Source of the DNA: a virus
Direction: 5' to 3' (one strand)
Virus record (IMG/VR): IMGVR_UViG_3300042502_001732
Location: 32,001 to 96,000 of that record
DNA length: 64,000 nt
In this document: positions 32,289 through 42,796 of the stretch, one piece after another
How positions within the stretch are numbered: position 1 is the stretch's first letter
Layout of the letters: each line of letters begins with the position of its first letter
Program-made: the position numbers and the translations under genes
The notes under the pieces: generated by a model
The model's input: the letters and a program-made list of their open reading frames with translations, nothing else
What the model was told of the DNA's origin: nothing
Databases searched by the model: none

Positions 32289-32666
32289 ATGGCTAGTTAT
32301 ACATTCGACACGCAAATTTTATCAGCATCACAAGTGGGTATTGGAAATCCAATAGCTCCCGCCGATTCCTTTCCATTAACAGCGGTTGGTGTTGGAATCC
32401 TTGCTCTTTCTTCTACTCACCAAGGGCTCGCTTTTAACTCTCTTCCATTAAGTGCTCAAGTTGTTAGAACTACTGTCAGAGGCAGCGTTTTCAATATAAA
32501 CAGCGCTTATCATAATAAGCCCATGGCTTTGATTGAATTTGATAATACTTATACCGTATTCACTTTCAATTCATCAGCTCCAACATCGCAAGTTCTTTTA
32601 CTTTCTGGAACCAGAGATGTATCAACACCAGAGCATAGAAGAAAGTGGGTTTTGGGATATTATTAA
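32289..32666 (+). CDS. hypothetical late protein
   Basis: 125 aa, TAAATA upstream, terminator downstream. Confidence 0.6.
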   Translation: MASYTFDTQILSASQVGIGNPIAPADSFPLTAVGVGILALSSTHQGLAFNSLPLSAQVVRTTVRGSVFNINSAYHNKPMALIEFDNTYTVFTFNSSAPTSQVLLLSGTRDVSTPEHRRKWVLGYY

Positions 32667-32693
32667 TACAATAAACATTCAAATTTAAATATT

Positions 32694-32722
32694 AAACGCC
32701 AGATTAATTTCTGGTGTTTTTT
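32694..32722 (+). terminator. intrinsic terminator
   Basis: AAACGCCAGA/TCTGGTGTTT stem plus T-tract. Confidence 0.7.
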
Positions 32723-32745
32723 ATTATATAGTTAAATAATAATAC

Positions 32746-33465
32746 ATGTTTATCGGAGGTTCAGGAAGCGGTAATGAATTTAGTAAAAACGATCAAGGTT
32801 TTTATAGAGGAATTGTTGTTAAAAACAACGATCCCCTTCGTTTAAATAGAATTAAAATTTACATTTCCGAATTATCAAACCAGCCTTTCGAAGAGTGGTT
32901 TGATTCATATGATGAAATTGAAGTAAAAACACCTGGTGAAAATAATACAGATGACAAATGGTCAGATGTTAATATTTTTGAAGAAATATCAAAAAACATT
33001 CCATGGGCTGAACCTTGTTATCCAATTATAGGAGAAAGTGGAAACAGTAGATATTATAAAGATGGTAAAATAGTAACCATATCTGATTGTAATTATCTTG
33101 AAGGATTTGAAGTTATAAATGATGAGCCTCCATCTTTAGAAAAAGGATCATTTGCGCCATCATTTATATATGAAAATGGCGGTACATATATTGGAGATGC
33201 TTTTTCTAATCCAACTGCTAATTTTTCAGCACAATGCAATCCTTATAGTTTTTTATATAAACCATCATCACACACAAACAAAGCAAAGGGCGTTTTTGGT
33301 ATTCCAGAAGTAGGTTCTAAAGTTTGGGTATTCCATTGGCAAGGAGATTTCAATTTCCCTGTTTATTTTGGAACTATGAAAGATTATAGAGAACTCACAT
33401 TAATCAATGATACTGATAATACAACAAAAATGAGCCCATCATATCCTGTTGATTTTGAAAATTAA
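32746..33465 (+). CDS. baseplate hub gp5/VgrG N-terminal OB-fold-like protein
   Basis: YRGIVVKNNDP..LNRIKI, PWAEP, FGIPEVGSKVWVF..GD.N.PVYFG. Confidence 0.75.
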   Translation: MFIGGSGSGNEFSKNDQGFYRGIVVKNNDPLRLNRIKIYISELSNQPFEEWFDSYDEIEVKTPGENNTDDKWSDVNIFEEISKNIPWAEPCYPIIGESGNSRYYKDGKIVTISDCNYLEGFEVINDEPPSLEKGSFAPSFIYENGGTYIGDAFSNPTANFSAQCNPYSFLYKPSSHTNKAKGVFGIPEVGSKVWVFHWQGDFNFPVYFGTMKDYRELTLINDTDNTTKMSPSYPVDFEN

Positions 33466-33481
33466 ACCTTAAATAATTCAA

Positions 33482-35077
33482 GTGTCTTTAAGATATAAAA
33501 ATAGAACAATTATAAATCAAAGGGGGGGTTCGATAGATATTGATAACTCTACCGAAAAAGAAAAAATACAAATCTCTCATAGAAGCGGAAGTAATTTAAA
33601 TTTTACAAATATAGTTACAAGCGAATTAGCTTCTAATAATAAACAATTAATTGTAATAAACGATAATTATAAAACTGTAGGTGGTACAGATTCAGAATAT
33701 GTAGTAAAAGACAAAATAGAAAGAGTTGGAGAAAATTCATATTCATTTAAAGGAACTTATGGAGATTCAGAAATAGACGCATTTAAACAATGGAAAGCTG
33801 CATATAAAACAATAGCAAATGCTAATTCCAGATTTAAAATTAATAGAGGCGGCGCAAGCTTTCCAAACGGTCCAACTACACCAACAAGTGGAACTAGATC
33901 TTCAAATCCAACATTAAATCAAACTATCGTTCCAGTTGAAAATAATTTCGGAGGATACATTAAAACACCTATTAGAAATGCATCAACAGATGAAGTTGTT
34001 GATTATGTTCCTATGCCATATAGGGACACAGAACCAGCAACTCCGAAAGATGTAACCACATCTGATGTCGATTTGGCTGCGGGTGTTAATGGATCTGCTG
34101 CTCCTGGTGTTTTAGAATTTGGATCTTCTAATTCAGCAGCTACCGAAGACGGATCTTGGACACCCAACACGCAGTCTACTAATATTGGAAACTCTATAAA
34201 AAATTTACAAGATAGTGCTTTAAACGCTATAGAAGCACAAATGGGAAATGGTGGTGATGATATTTCATTCGTTAAAAGAAATAAATCAGATACCGTTGGT
34301 GCTATTTTCAATGATTATCCATCTATAAGAATAGATACCAAAGGAAGAAGTCAACCAATAGAAGTTGTAGTATCAGCATCAGGCGCTTTCAAAAATCACG
34401 ATTATGTACCAATTGTTGAAGATATTGATAATTCTTCAACATTTCCGTGTGGAAATGAAAATAAAACAGTGGGAAATAAATATAATTTAAATGTAGGATC
34501 GGGAGGAATTAATTTAAAATCCACGGGCTCTATTGAATTAGGAGGTAGTAATTTAAAAATGGGATTCCAAAAAGTTAATATAAGTGCTCTTCATGGTATA
34601 CACTTACATTCAGAAAGCGTTGTTGAATTAGTATCATTAAAATCTATATCTTTAAGAACAAACAGACAGGTTTATATAGAAAGTTCATTAGGTGTTAAAA
34701 ATAATACAATAATTGGTGGAGGTCTTTATACAGAAGGTGAAGTTTATCTACATCATATAACTGCACCAATCGAAATTCAACAAACTTTAGATACTACATT
34801 GTACGGTAGATTCAATTGCACAGCCCCAAGAACACTTCCAATCGGTGAAGTATTTGATCCAGAATGGGGATGGTTAACTGTTTATGCATTGGCTGATGAT
34901 AATTTGATTATAAATTATCCACACAGTCATCATTTCCCAAATCTTCCTTTGAGATTAACAAGTTCAAATTCAGATGTTCGTAAATTTGCAGCTAATGAGA
35001 GAATAAACACACACGGTGCTTTTTCTACAGCATTAGCTCAAAAACACGAAAGAAGAAGGGCTGAAGTTGCTCCTTAA
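33482..35077 (+). CDS. gp5 C-terminal/spike-like protein
   Basis: IDIDNSTEKEKIQISHRSGS; beta-helix-like repeats; HSHH near C-terminus. Confidence 0.6.
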   Translation: MSLRYKNRTIINQRGGSIDIDNSTEKEKIQISHRSGSNLNFTNIVTSELASNNKQLIVINDNYKTVGGTDSEYVVKDKIERVGENSYSFKGTYGDSEIDAFKQWKAAYKTIANANSRFKINRGGASFPNGPTTPTSGTRSSNPTLNQTIVPVENNFGGYIKTPIRNASTDEVVDYVPMPYRDTEPATPKDVTTSDVDLAAGVNGSAAPGVLEFGSSNSAATEDGSWTPNTQSTNIGNSIKNLQDSALNAIEAQMGNGGDDISFVKRNKSDTVGAIFNDYPSIRIDTKGRSQPIEVVVSASGAFKNHDYVPIVEDIDNSSTFPCGNENKTVGNKYNLNVGSGGINLKSTGSIELGGSNLKMGFQKVNISALHGIHLHSESVVELVSLKSISLRTNRQVYIESSLGVKNNTIIGGGLYTEGEVYLHHITAPIEIQQTLDTTLYGRFNCTAPRTLPIGEVFDPEWGWLTVYALADDNLIINYPHSHHFPNLPLRLTSSNSDVRKFAANERINTHGAFSTALAQKHERRRAEVAP

Positions 35078-35722
35078 TCAAACAATCTCATCGATTATTC
35101 CAAATTCTAAACATTCATCAGCGGTTAGCCAAATATCTTTCTTCAAAAGATCATCCAATTTTTTCATTGGAATTTTAGTAGTTTCTTTATAAAAAGACTT
35201 GATAAGTTTCATTAATGTTGTGGAGTTATAAAATTCATCCTCCATTTCACTAAATTTTCCATACATTCCACCACTTAATTGATGAATTAAAAGATGTGCA
35301 TGTTTTCCCATAAATCTTTTATTACCAATTGCTGAAATTAAAGTACCAGCACTTGCTACTGAACCATCAACATGCGTATATACTTTAGATTTCATTTTTC
35401 TAATTATATCAACAGTTGAAAATGCTGGGAAGATTTCTCCACCGTATGTGCATAAATGCAAGTGGCAAACTGGATCAAAACAATCACCCAATGCATTTTT
35501 GGTATTTTGTAATTTAACATCTATTTCCAGCAAAAGCTTATTCAATTCCAAAATTGAATTGGCATCTATATCAGAATAGAATAATATTTTATTTTCTAAA
35601 ACTTTAATATTAGACTGAACTGACCATCCTTCATTTGCAGATGGTGTTTGAAGGTTTAAAAATATTGGTTGATTTTGAGGAGCTTCCTCCTCTTTGTTTG
35701 CTTTATATACCCAGTTTTTCAT
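35078..35722 (-). CDS. clpP: ClpP-like peptidase
   Basis: GSVASAGT (Ser), IHQLS (His), KDIWLTADECLEFGIIDEI; start could be 35749. Confidence 0.85.
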   Translation of the reverse strand: MKNWVYKANKEEEAPQNQPIFLNLQTPSANEGWSVQSNIKVLENKILFYSDIDANSILELNKLLLEIDVKLQNTKNALGDCFDPVCHLHLCTYGGEIFPAFSTVDIIRKMKSKVYTHVDGSVASAGTLISAIGNKRFMGKHAHLLIHQLSGGMYGKFSEMEDEFYNSTTLMKLIKSFYKETTKIPMKKLDDLLKKDIWLTADECLEFGIIDEIV

Positions 35723-35738
35723 ATGTTTAATTTGTTTA

Positions 35739-37388
35739 TTATGATTCACAAGTGGAACAAGTTAAAATTGATCTTGCTAATTCTTGAGACGGATTTGAAC
35801 TTCTTTGATAATATAATCCTTTTATACCTTGCTCCCATGCAAAAATCATAAGCTCGTTGACTTCTTTGGGTTTTGCGTTAGGAGGTATCATCAAGTTAAG
35901 AGATTGACCTTGATCAATAAATTTTTGTCTTTGTGCAGCTTGTATGATAATTTCCTTTTGAGAAATTTCACCAAACGTTTTAAAAACATCTTTTTCTTCT
36001 TGAGAAAGAAAATCTAAATGTTGAACTGATCCACCTTTGATAAGAATAGATTTCCAAGTTTCTTGATCGTTCTTTTCTTTACTCTTTAAAAGATTTTCCA
36101 AATGTGGATTTTTAAAAGTAAATTTACCTTTAGCAAGATCTTTAACAAAATAATTACTATTCAATGGTTCTATTGATGGAGAAGATTGACCTAAAATAAA
36201 CGAACTGCTTGTAGTTGGTGCAACTGCTAGTGTTGTTGTATTTCTTCTATTGTATCCTTCTAAAATAGGAGCCTCGCCAAAAATTCCAGCAAGCTCTTCA
36301 GAAGCTTTATCAGAATGCTTACGAATATGTTTCCAAATTTCCATATTCAATATTTTTGCATCCATTGATTCAAATGCCATCATTTTGGATTGTAATAAAG
36401 AATGCCATCCAAGAACTCCAACACCAAGCGCTCTTTGATTAATTGCGAATCGTCTAGGAGCTTCCATGAATTTAATACCATCTGTTTTTTCAATAAATTC
36501 TGTCATTACAGCATCCAAGAAATAAACCAAAACTTCAACAGCATCAGTATCTTTCCATTCTTCCCATCTTTCAAGATTTAGTGAAGATAAATCACAAACG
36601 AAAGATTCATCTTCAGAGTTAGAAAGCATTATTTCATTACAAAGATTAGAATTATTAATTTTTAATCCTTTATCTTTATAAACTTGTGGAGCTTGGTTAT
36701 TAGCATTATCAGAAAAGAAAATATAAGGATATCCAGATTCAAATCTCTTTTTAATTACCTGTCCCCATATTTTACGAGCCTGTTTATCTCCATCGATCAT
36801 TTTTTTCATCCATTCATCTGAAACACAAACGCCGACAGACATTTCTTGAATTTCATGACCTTCTCCTCTAATCTTTAAAAATTCTTCAATATCTGGATGA
36901 TCAACAGGAAGATAAGCAGCAAATGAACCACGTCGAACATTACCCTGCGACACAACGTTCATAAGCTTATCATAAAGCTCCATAAAATGAATAGAACCAG
37001 TAGAACTACCACCTGATGATATCGCGGCTCCACGACCTCTCAAGGCTCCAAAATAAGCACTTGTCCCGCCACCACCTTTGGTCATTTGACCGACTTCGGC
37101 AACTTTTTCTAAAATAGAAACCATGGTGTCTCCTATATAACTTCCAAAACATGAAATAGGCAATCCTCGTTCGCGTCCAAAATTACTCCAAATTGGACTT
37201 GATAAAGAATAATATCCTTTAGACATATAATCATAGAATTTATCTGAAAATCCTTCTATACCTAATAGGCTTTGCGCTCTATCAGCTATATCTTGAATTC
37301 TTTGTTCTGGTGTTTCGCCTTCTATTAAATATCCTCTTTCGAGAAATTTCCTTGAGTCTTTATTGAGCCAATATATATTCTGTGTCAT
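35739..37388 (-). CDS. nrdA: class I ribonucleotide reductase alpha subunit (compact, no ATP cone)
   Basis: PISCF, NLCNE, APTTSSS, KGLYY, C-terminal CxxC. Confidence 0.95.
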   Translation of the reverse strand: MTQNIYWLNKDSRKFLERGYLIEGETPEQRIQDIADRAQSLLGIEGFSDKFYDYMSKGYYSLSSPIWSNFGRERGLPISCFGSYIGDTMVSILEKVAEVGQMTKGGGGTSAYFGALRGRGAAISSGGSSTGSIHFMELYDKLMNVVSQGNVRRGSFAAYLPVDHPDIEEFLKIRGEGHEIQEMSVGVCVSDEWMKKMIDGDKQARKIWGQVIKKRFESGYPYIFFSDNANNQAPQVYKDKGLKINNSNLCNEIMLSNSEDESFVCDLSSLNLERWEEWKDTDAVEVLVYFLDAVMTEFIEKTDGIKFMEAPRRFAINQRALGVGVLGWHSLLQSKMMAFESMDAKILNMEIWKHIRKHSDKASEELAGIFGEAPILEGYNRRNTTTLAVAPTTSSSFILGQSSPSIEPLNSNYFVKDLAKGKFTFKNPHLENLLKSKEKNDQETWKSILIKGGSVQHLDFLSQEEKDVFKTFGEISQKEIIIQAAQRQKFIDQGQSLNLMIPPNAKPKEVNELMIFAWEQGIKGLYYQRSSNPSQELARSILTCSTCES

Positions 37389-37391
37389 AAA

Positions 37392-38366
37392 TTAAAATAA
37401 GTCGTCTTCTGAAAATGATTGATTTTTCTTTGAATATTCTGTTGGTCTAGAATGGAAAAAATCAGTCATGTTATTGCCAAGTAATTCTTCATCAAACCAA
37501 GTGGTAGAAGATACTAATTCTTCATCGATTTCAAACACTTTTGAAAATCCTATTTGACTTAATGATTCGTTGATTCGGTTTTTGATGAATTCTTTAAGAA
37601 TATTAGCAGACAATCCTGGTTCGTCAATACCATTAACCATCCAATCTACAATTTTAGCTTCGGATTTGAATGCTTCTTGAGCTTCCATTAAAATTCTTTC
37701 TTCTAATTCTTGATCAAACAATTCAGGCAATTCCTCACGAATAGTGTTAATAATTTGTATACCAACCAAAGCATGAATATTTTCTTCATTACGAGTATAC
37801 TTAACTTGTTGATCTGTATCTTTCAACACGTTTTTAAATCTTGCAAACCAATTGATAACATAGAATTGTGAAAATAAAGAAACATTTTCAACGAACAGTG
37901 TGAATAAAATCAATGCGTATAAATATTGTTTCTTTGAATCTTTATAAAATTTATGAGTATATTTTTTTAAATATTTCACTCTGCCTTGAATCCACTCAAG
38001 TTTAAGATTTTCTTCAAAAATATCCTCTAATTCTAAAACGCTCAACAAACGCTCATATGCACTGTTGTGAATAACTTCCACATTAGCCATAACATATCCA
38101 AGATCTTGAAGAGATGGATGTGGGAGATTATCTCCCAATTTGGCCCAAAATGTTTTAACAGCAACTTCGATTTGTCCAATTGCAGAAAGAGTTCTTATGA
38201 TGATTTCTCTTTCTTGCTCTGTCAATTCTACTTTAAACTGTTGTACATCAGATTTAAAATTAAACTCTTTATCAGTCCAAAAGCCATTTTGCATTGCTTC
38301 AATAAATTGTTCTGTCCACGGATATCTGTTTGGTTTTCTGCTTATTTGCTCTTGGAATATGTTCAT
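37392..38366 (-). CDS. nrdB: class I ribonucleotide reductase beta subunit
   Basis: EVIHNSAY, ENVSLFSQF, EENIH, DFF; start at MNIFQEQ after GAGGA. Confidence 0.93.
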   Translation of the reverse strand: MNIFQEQISRKPNRYPWTEQFIEAMQNGFWTDKEFNFKSDVQQFKVELTEQEREIIIRTLSAIGQIEVAVKTFWAKLGDNLPHPSLQDLGYVMANVEVIHNSAYERLLSVLELEDIFEENLKLEWIQGRVKYLKKYTHKFYKDSKKQYLYALILFTLFVENVSLFSQFYVINWFARFKNVLKDTDQQVKYTRNEENIHALVGIQIINTIREELPELFDQELEERILMEAQEAFKSEAKIVDWMVNGIDEPGLSANILKEFIKNRINESLSQIGFSKVFEIDEELVSSTTWFDEELLGNNMTDFFHSRPTEYSKKNQSFSEDDLF

Positions 38367-38510
38367 TTTTGTTTCCTCTAAATTCGTTTTCAATAATGTA
38401 TCGTCATTCATAAAATTGTCAATTAAGCTTTTTGTTTGATTATTTAGTTGGCTATTTTTGTCTTTCAAAAAACATTTTTTATCATTCCGTTTAATTAAAT
38501 AAAGATAATC

Positions 38511-38843
38511 ATGAGTGATAAATGGATTGAAGAATTAAGCTTACTTTATGAATCAGATCCCAGACAAATAACACCACATAGAGCATCTGGAATGGGTCCA
38601 GAAGCATACGATCCTAGAAACTCATGGAGTGGTAAAGTTGGAATTTCTGATGGCACAGCAAGCACTAGAGCGGCTGCTACGCCATATCAACAATCTTTTA
38701 TTGGAGAGATGGAAGAAGATGAAAATAAAATAATGTCTGCTATACAAAAAATAGAAGACCAATTTAATTCTAATTCTGATAAAGACAAAAGCGTTAGATA
38801 TGCATTGGGTCTTCTTAAAAAAGAATTAAAGCGCAAGCTTTAA
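38511..38843 (+). CDS. hypothetical late protein
   Basis: TAAATA upstream; ELSLLYES N-terminus. Confidence 0.6.
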   Translation: MSDKWIEELSLLYESDPRQITPHRASGMGPEAYDPRNSWSGKVGISDGTASTRAAATPYQQSFIGEMEEDENKIMSAIQKIEDQFNSNSDKDKSVRYALGLLKKELKRKL

Positions 38844-38848
38844 TAAAT

Positions 38849-40612
38849 TTATCTACTTACTTCTTCCCAATCCATAGAAGCAAACATACCAGAACCATTA
38901 GTGGTATCTGATGCAGCAACCAAAGTTAATTCAAAAGGAGTTTTTGTTAAATTGTTTCGTTCTAATTGAAACTTAAACAAAGCTTCTTTAAGAATATCCA
39001 AATTCGGAGAACCTTGATTAGAAGAATTTAAGAAGCCACTTGCTAAAATTCTTCCCCCCGCATAGCTTGTTCCTGTAATGTTGTATTGAACGGCACTATC
39101 AACTCCAGCATCAACCCAACTTCCCCCTGTTGTGACTCCGCTTGCTCTTACCTGCCAGTTATAGTTTATGCCATTTCCATCCCCAAGAATTGATAAAGCC
39201 GTTAAAATAATAATTGCATCAAGTCTGTCTGGAGTTGTTTTTAATCGAATTGAAATAATTGGATAAAACGTACCAGCTACTGCAAACGTTCTTGGTGCAG
39301 TTATTGGGATAGATGCTGCTTGTTGTAATCCTCTTAATTCATAGCCACCTTCGGATATAACCGTACTACATACTTGCTTCAATTTACTAGGACCTGATGT
39401 AGCTGCTTTATTTTCTATTTCGTATCTTAAAGGTAATGACGCGGTGGTAATATATGTAGAGTCAATTAAGTTAGCGTGATGAAAGTAATGACATGGTACA
39501 AACTGACCATTAATAACAAACCCAGTTCTGACAGTACCTAACCCCAGCCATTCTATATCCATGAATAGGATTTGTGCTTTTGTAATATCAAGCGTGATTC
39601 CTGATGGTCCTGAACCATCAAGCTTATCAACATTCCATCCTGATTGTGGTGTTCTTGTTGAAGTAACAGTACCAGTTACAAGGCTGCGTTCAACCATATA
39701 CAATGAACTATCATCTAGTTCTAAATATATACCGTTTTCAGCTCCATAATAACCAACACGCTGTCTTAGGTTGGTAGTAGAAGGACTAAAAGTAAAGGTA
39801 CTCATTATCTGTAACGATTTACCTGGTTGATAAGCAAACACTTTTGTTGTCTCTCTATATACTTTAGAGCCACTTAATGCATCTACCTTTAACTCTACCA
39901 GTCCTTGATTTTGATTAAACTGAGCAGATGCAGAGGTTGTAGTTGTACCACCTGTGAGAGTAGACCAAAGATTGTTATCGGCATATCTATGGGATGAATC
40001 AAATAAAGTTAATGGAGAAGATATTCTTGTACGACCAAACGCATCAGACGCTAAGTTGTAATTTCCAGAATAGTTAATTAAAGGCGTAACGCTTATAGCA
40101 GTAACTGGATTTGTAATTGTAACTGCTGTAACTGGATTAACTAAAGAAAAAGAACTAACTGGATTGTTAATTGTAACTGCTGTAACTGGATTAACTAGAG
40201 AGAACGAACTAACTGTATTAAGAACCGTAACAGCAGTTATAGGATTACTAACAGTAATAGTACCGCTTATAGGAGTAATGCCTGTTGTTATAACTCGCAC
40301 TGCACCTACTTCAGATCCATCTACAGTAGCTGTACGGACTATTTGCGCATATACATCTGTTCCTGTGGTATGATCAACGATACCAACATTGCCAATATCA
40401 ACATTACTAGCTGATAAAATTAAATTGATATCTGACGCATTAACCAGGTGGGTTAATACTGCGTATTTAGGATATATTGTATTGTTATAACCATCACCGT
40501 AAGTGCCATTTGCAGAAGTTATTGCGGGAAATCTAGAATCACCTACAATTTCTACATATTTACCATAGTCTGCAGTTGCCTTATTGATTACAACATTGCT
40601 ATTAATAGCCAT
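38849..40612 (-). CDS. virion structural protein with NPVTAV repeats
   Basis: DAFGR.R.S.P.TLFDS motif; internal NPV repeats; TAAATA before ATG 40612. Confidence 0.65.
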   Translation of the reverse strand: MAINSNVVINKATADYGKYVEIVGDSRFPAITSANGTYGDGYNNTIYPKYAVLTHLVNASDINLILSASNVDIGNVGIVDHTTGTDVYAQIVRTATVDGSEVGAVRVITTGITPISGTITVSNPITAVTVLNTVSSFSLVNPVTAVTINNPVSSFSLVNPVTAVTITNPVTAISVTPLINYSGNYNLASDAFGRTRISSPLTLFDSSHRYADNNLWSTLTGGTTTTSASAQFNQNQGLVELKVDALSGSKVYRETTKVFAYQPGKSLQIMSTFTFSPSTTNLRQRVGYYGAENGIYLELDDSSLYMVERSLVTGTVTSTRTPQSGWNVDKLDGSGPSGITLDITKAQILFMDIEWLGLGTVRTGFVINGQFVPCHYFHHANLIDSTYITTASLPLRYEIENKAATSGPSKLKQVCSTVISEGGYELRGLQQAASIPITAPRTFAVAGTFYPIISIRLKTTPDRLDAIIILTALSILGDGNGINYNWQVRASGVTTGGSWVDAGVDSAVQYNITGTSYAGGRILASGFLNSSNQGSPNLDILKEALFKFQLERNNLTKTPFELTLVAASDTTNGSGMFASMDWEEVSR

Positions 40613-40748
40613 ATTTATATTTATCAAAAAGTCGTACATCTTACATAATATTGACAAAAATAACAACGGTGTTTAAATATGTGCGACTTTCTGAAAAGAA
40701 ATCACAAGAAAAAGAGGAGCCTTGCTCCCCTCAACATTATAAAAAATT

Positions 40749-41162
40749 ATGAAAAACTTATTATTAATACTATCGTGTAGTATTTTGTTAATAAACAATT
40801 CTGCAAATGCATACACTGAAATTAAAAAATCAAATAATGAAAATTATTTCATGGCTAGAATAACCTTTTACACAGACTGTCCAAGATATGGTAAAAAAAC
40901 AGCCAGTGGAAAAATTGCGAAAGAAGGATATACTGTAGCAGCAGAGAAAAAAATACCATTCGGAACGCTTTATAATATTCCAAGTTTGAAAAATATAATA
41001 AAAACTGATGGGATATTTCAAGTTCAAGATCGAGGATCAGCAGTAGATAAAAGAACCGCTAGTAAAAATAAATATCCAGTTATTGATGTATACGTTTCTT
41101 CACATGAAAAAATAAATATTTTGAAAAAAATAAAAAATAACATAGTTAAAGTTTATTATTAA
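40749..41162 (+). CDS. 3D-domain (lytic transglycosylase-like) protein with signal peptide
   Basis: TFY..TASG..TVAA..IPFGT..VQDRGSAV..IDVY. Confidence 0.75.
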   Translation: MKNLLLILSCSILLINNSANAYTEIKKSNNENYFMARITFYTDCPRYGKKTASGKIAKEGYTVAAEKKIPFGTLYNIPSLKNIIKTDGIFQVQDRGSAVDKRTASKNKYPVIDVYVSSHEKINILKKIKNNIVKVYY

Positions 41163-41698
41163 TGAAAATTTTAAATAAAACAAAAACCTACCTTATAGGT
41201 CCAATGCAATATGGTGATGGTAGATCATGGAGAGAAGAGATATCTGAATTTTTAAAAACTATCGGAGTTATTGTGTTTGATCCATATAAAAAACCATTTA
41301 TAAATGCACCATCTGAAGATGAAGATACCCATGCAAAAATGTACAAACTTATGAATATAGGCGAATATGATGAAGTTGCTGAACATTTTAAAGCTGTTCG
41401 TTCTTTTGATTTGTCTATGGTAGATAGAGCTGATTTTATCATATGTTATTTAAATCCTAAAGTTCCGACTTATGGAACTGTAGAAGAATTGGTAACAGCA
41501 GTTAGAATGAAACGTCCAGTTTTTGTTGTGATAGAAGGTGGTAAAAAAAATACACCACTGTGGGTTATGGGAATGCTGCCACACAAATATATATACGATT
41601 CATTTGATGAAATAAAACAAGTATTGACAAATATAAATGACGGACTAAAGTCAATAGACAGTGATCGTTGGAGATTATTTGAACAAGAATTAAGATGA
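41162..41698 (+). CDS. nucleoside 2-deoxyribosyltransferase-like protein
   Basis: YLIGPM, WR, FDP, D...V..AD, GTVEEL. Confidence 0.7.
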   Translation: MKILNKTKTYLIGPMQYGDGRSWREEISEFLKTIGVIVFDPYKKPFINAPSEDEDTHAKMYKLMNIGEYDEVAEHFKAVRSFDLSMVDRADFIICYLNPKVPTYGTVEELVTAVRMKRPVFVVIEGGKKNTPLWVMGMLPHKYIYDSFDEIKQVLTNINDGLKSIDSDRWRLFEQELR

Positions 41699-41919
41699 AA
41701 GTGGAAGGTTTAATATCATTAAAACTTACAGACGCTTCTAAGCTAGAAGTGTTTTATCAATTTTTATTTGATAAATTCAATTTTAATAAAAATTATATAA
41801 TTAAGCAAAATAAAATATATCAAATTGAAGAACACAGAGATGAATATTATGATATCTATATTAGAGACGCTGACGAATTAGATTATCACATATATGAAAT
41901 AATAAAAAAAATAAAATGA
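41695..41919 (+). CDS. hypothetical protein
   Basis: 74-aa ORF overlapping upstream stop (ATGA). Confidence 0.55.
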   Translation: MKVEGLISLKLTDASKLEVFYQFLFDKFNFNKNYIIKQNKIYQIEEHRDEYYDIYIRDADELDYHIYEIIKKIK

Positions 41920-41948
41920 CATTTATTTAAAAAAAATAAATATACTCA

Positions 41949-42788
41949 ATGTCAATAGATGTCGGTTTCACTTTTACGTGTAGGTTAAATGGAAGATTAG
42001 GAAATCAAATGTTTATGATAGCGCATGCATATTCACAGGCGCTAGACCATAATTCCAAATTTATTTCTGCAAAATATGATGTCCCAGCATCTGATTATTT
42101 TGATAATATTTATAGAAATATAGATTTTTCTATAAATTATATTGATGATTTAAAAGAAGATGAGTCCTATGTTAATATAGGAACTACCTTTCATTATACC
42201 CCAATCAAAGTCCCTAAAAATAAAAATATAATTTTTCATGGATATTGTCAAAGTGAAAAATTCTTTATATCTAATAGTTTAAAAATAAAAGAATTATTTT
42301 CAGCAAATGAAGAATTTATAACAGAATATTTTAATAAATATCCATTTTTAAAAGATAACAACACTATTGTTATAAATGTGAGACGAGGAGATTACTTACA
42401 TTATCCAAATCACCATCCAGTTATTTCAAAAGAATATATATACAAATCGTTAGAATATATACCAGATTATAAAAAAAATCCAATTATTATTATAAGTGAT
42501 GATATTGAATGGTGTCAAGAAAACATCAATATTGATAATGCGATATTTATTACTGATATATTACCATGGCAAGCATTGTGGTTAATATCTCTTTGTAAAT
42601 ATTTTATAATTTCAAATAGTAGTTTTTCTTGGTGGGGTGCATTTTTGGGTGAAAAAGAAAACAGTATCGTGGTGTGTCCAGATATTTGGTTCGGTCCAGA
42701 AATAACAGTCAACACTTCTGACATATATAGAAACAATTGGATAAAAATTCCAACTTATCACCAAAATGGTGTATTATATCCGAAATAA
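41949..42788 (+). CDS. GT11 fucosyltransferase-like
   Basis: GRLGNQMF, NVRRGDY, SNSSFSWWGA. Confidence 0.88.
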   Translation: MSIDVGFTFTCRLNGRLGNQMFMIAHAYSQALDHNSKFISAKYDVPASDYFDNIYRNIDFSINYIDDLKEDESYVNIGTTFHYTPIKVPKNKNIIFHGYCQSEKFFISNSLKIKELFSANEEFITEYFNKYPFLKDNNTIVINVRRGDYLHYPNHHPVISKEYIYKSLEYIPDYKKNPIIIISDDIEWCQENINIDNAIFITDILPWQALWLISLCKYFIISNSSFSWWGAFLGEKENSIVVCPDIWFGPEITVNTSDIYRNNWIKIPTYHQNGVLYPK

Positions 42789-42796
42789 AAAATAAA

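Noticed and set aside
35739-38366. Intein or intron in nrdAB
   Set aside because: Both ORFs are continuous and compact, with no insertion signatures.
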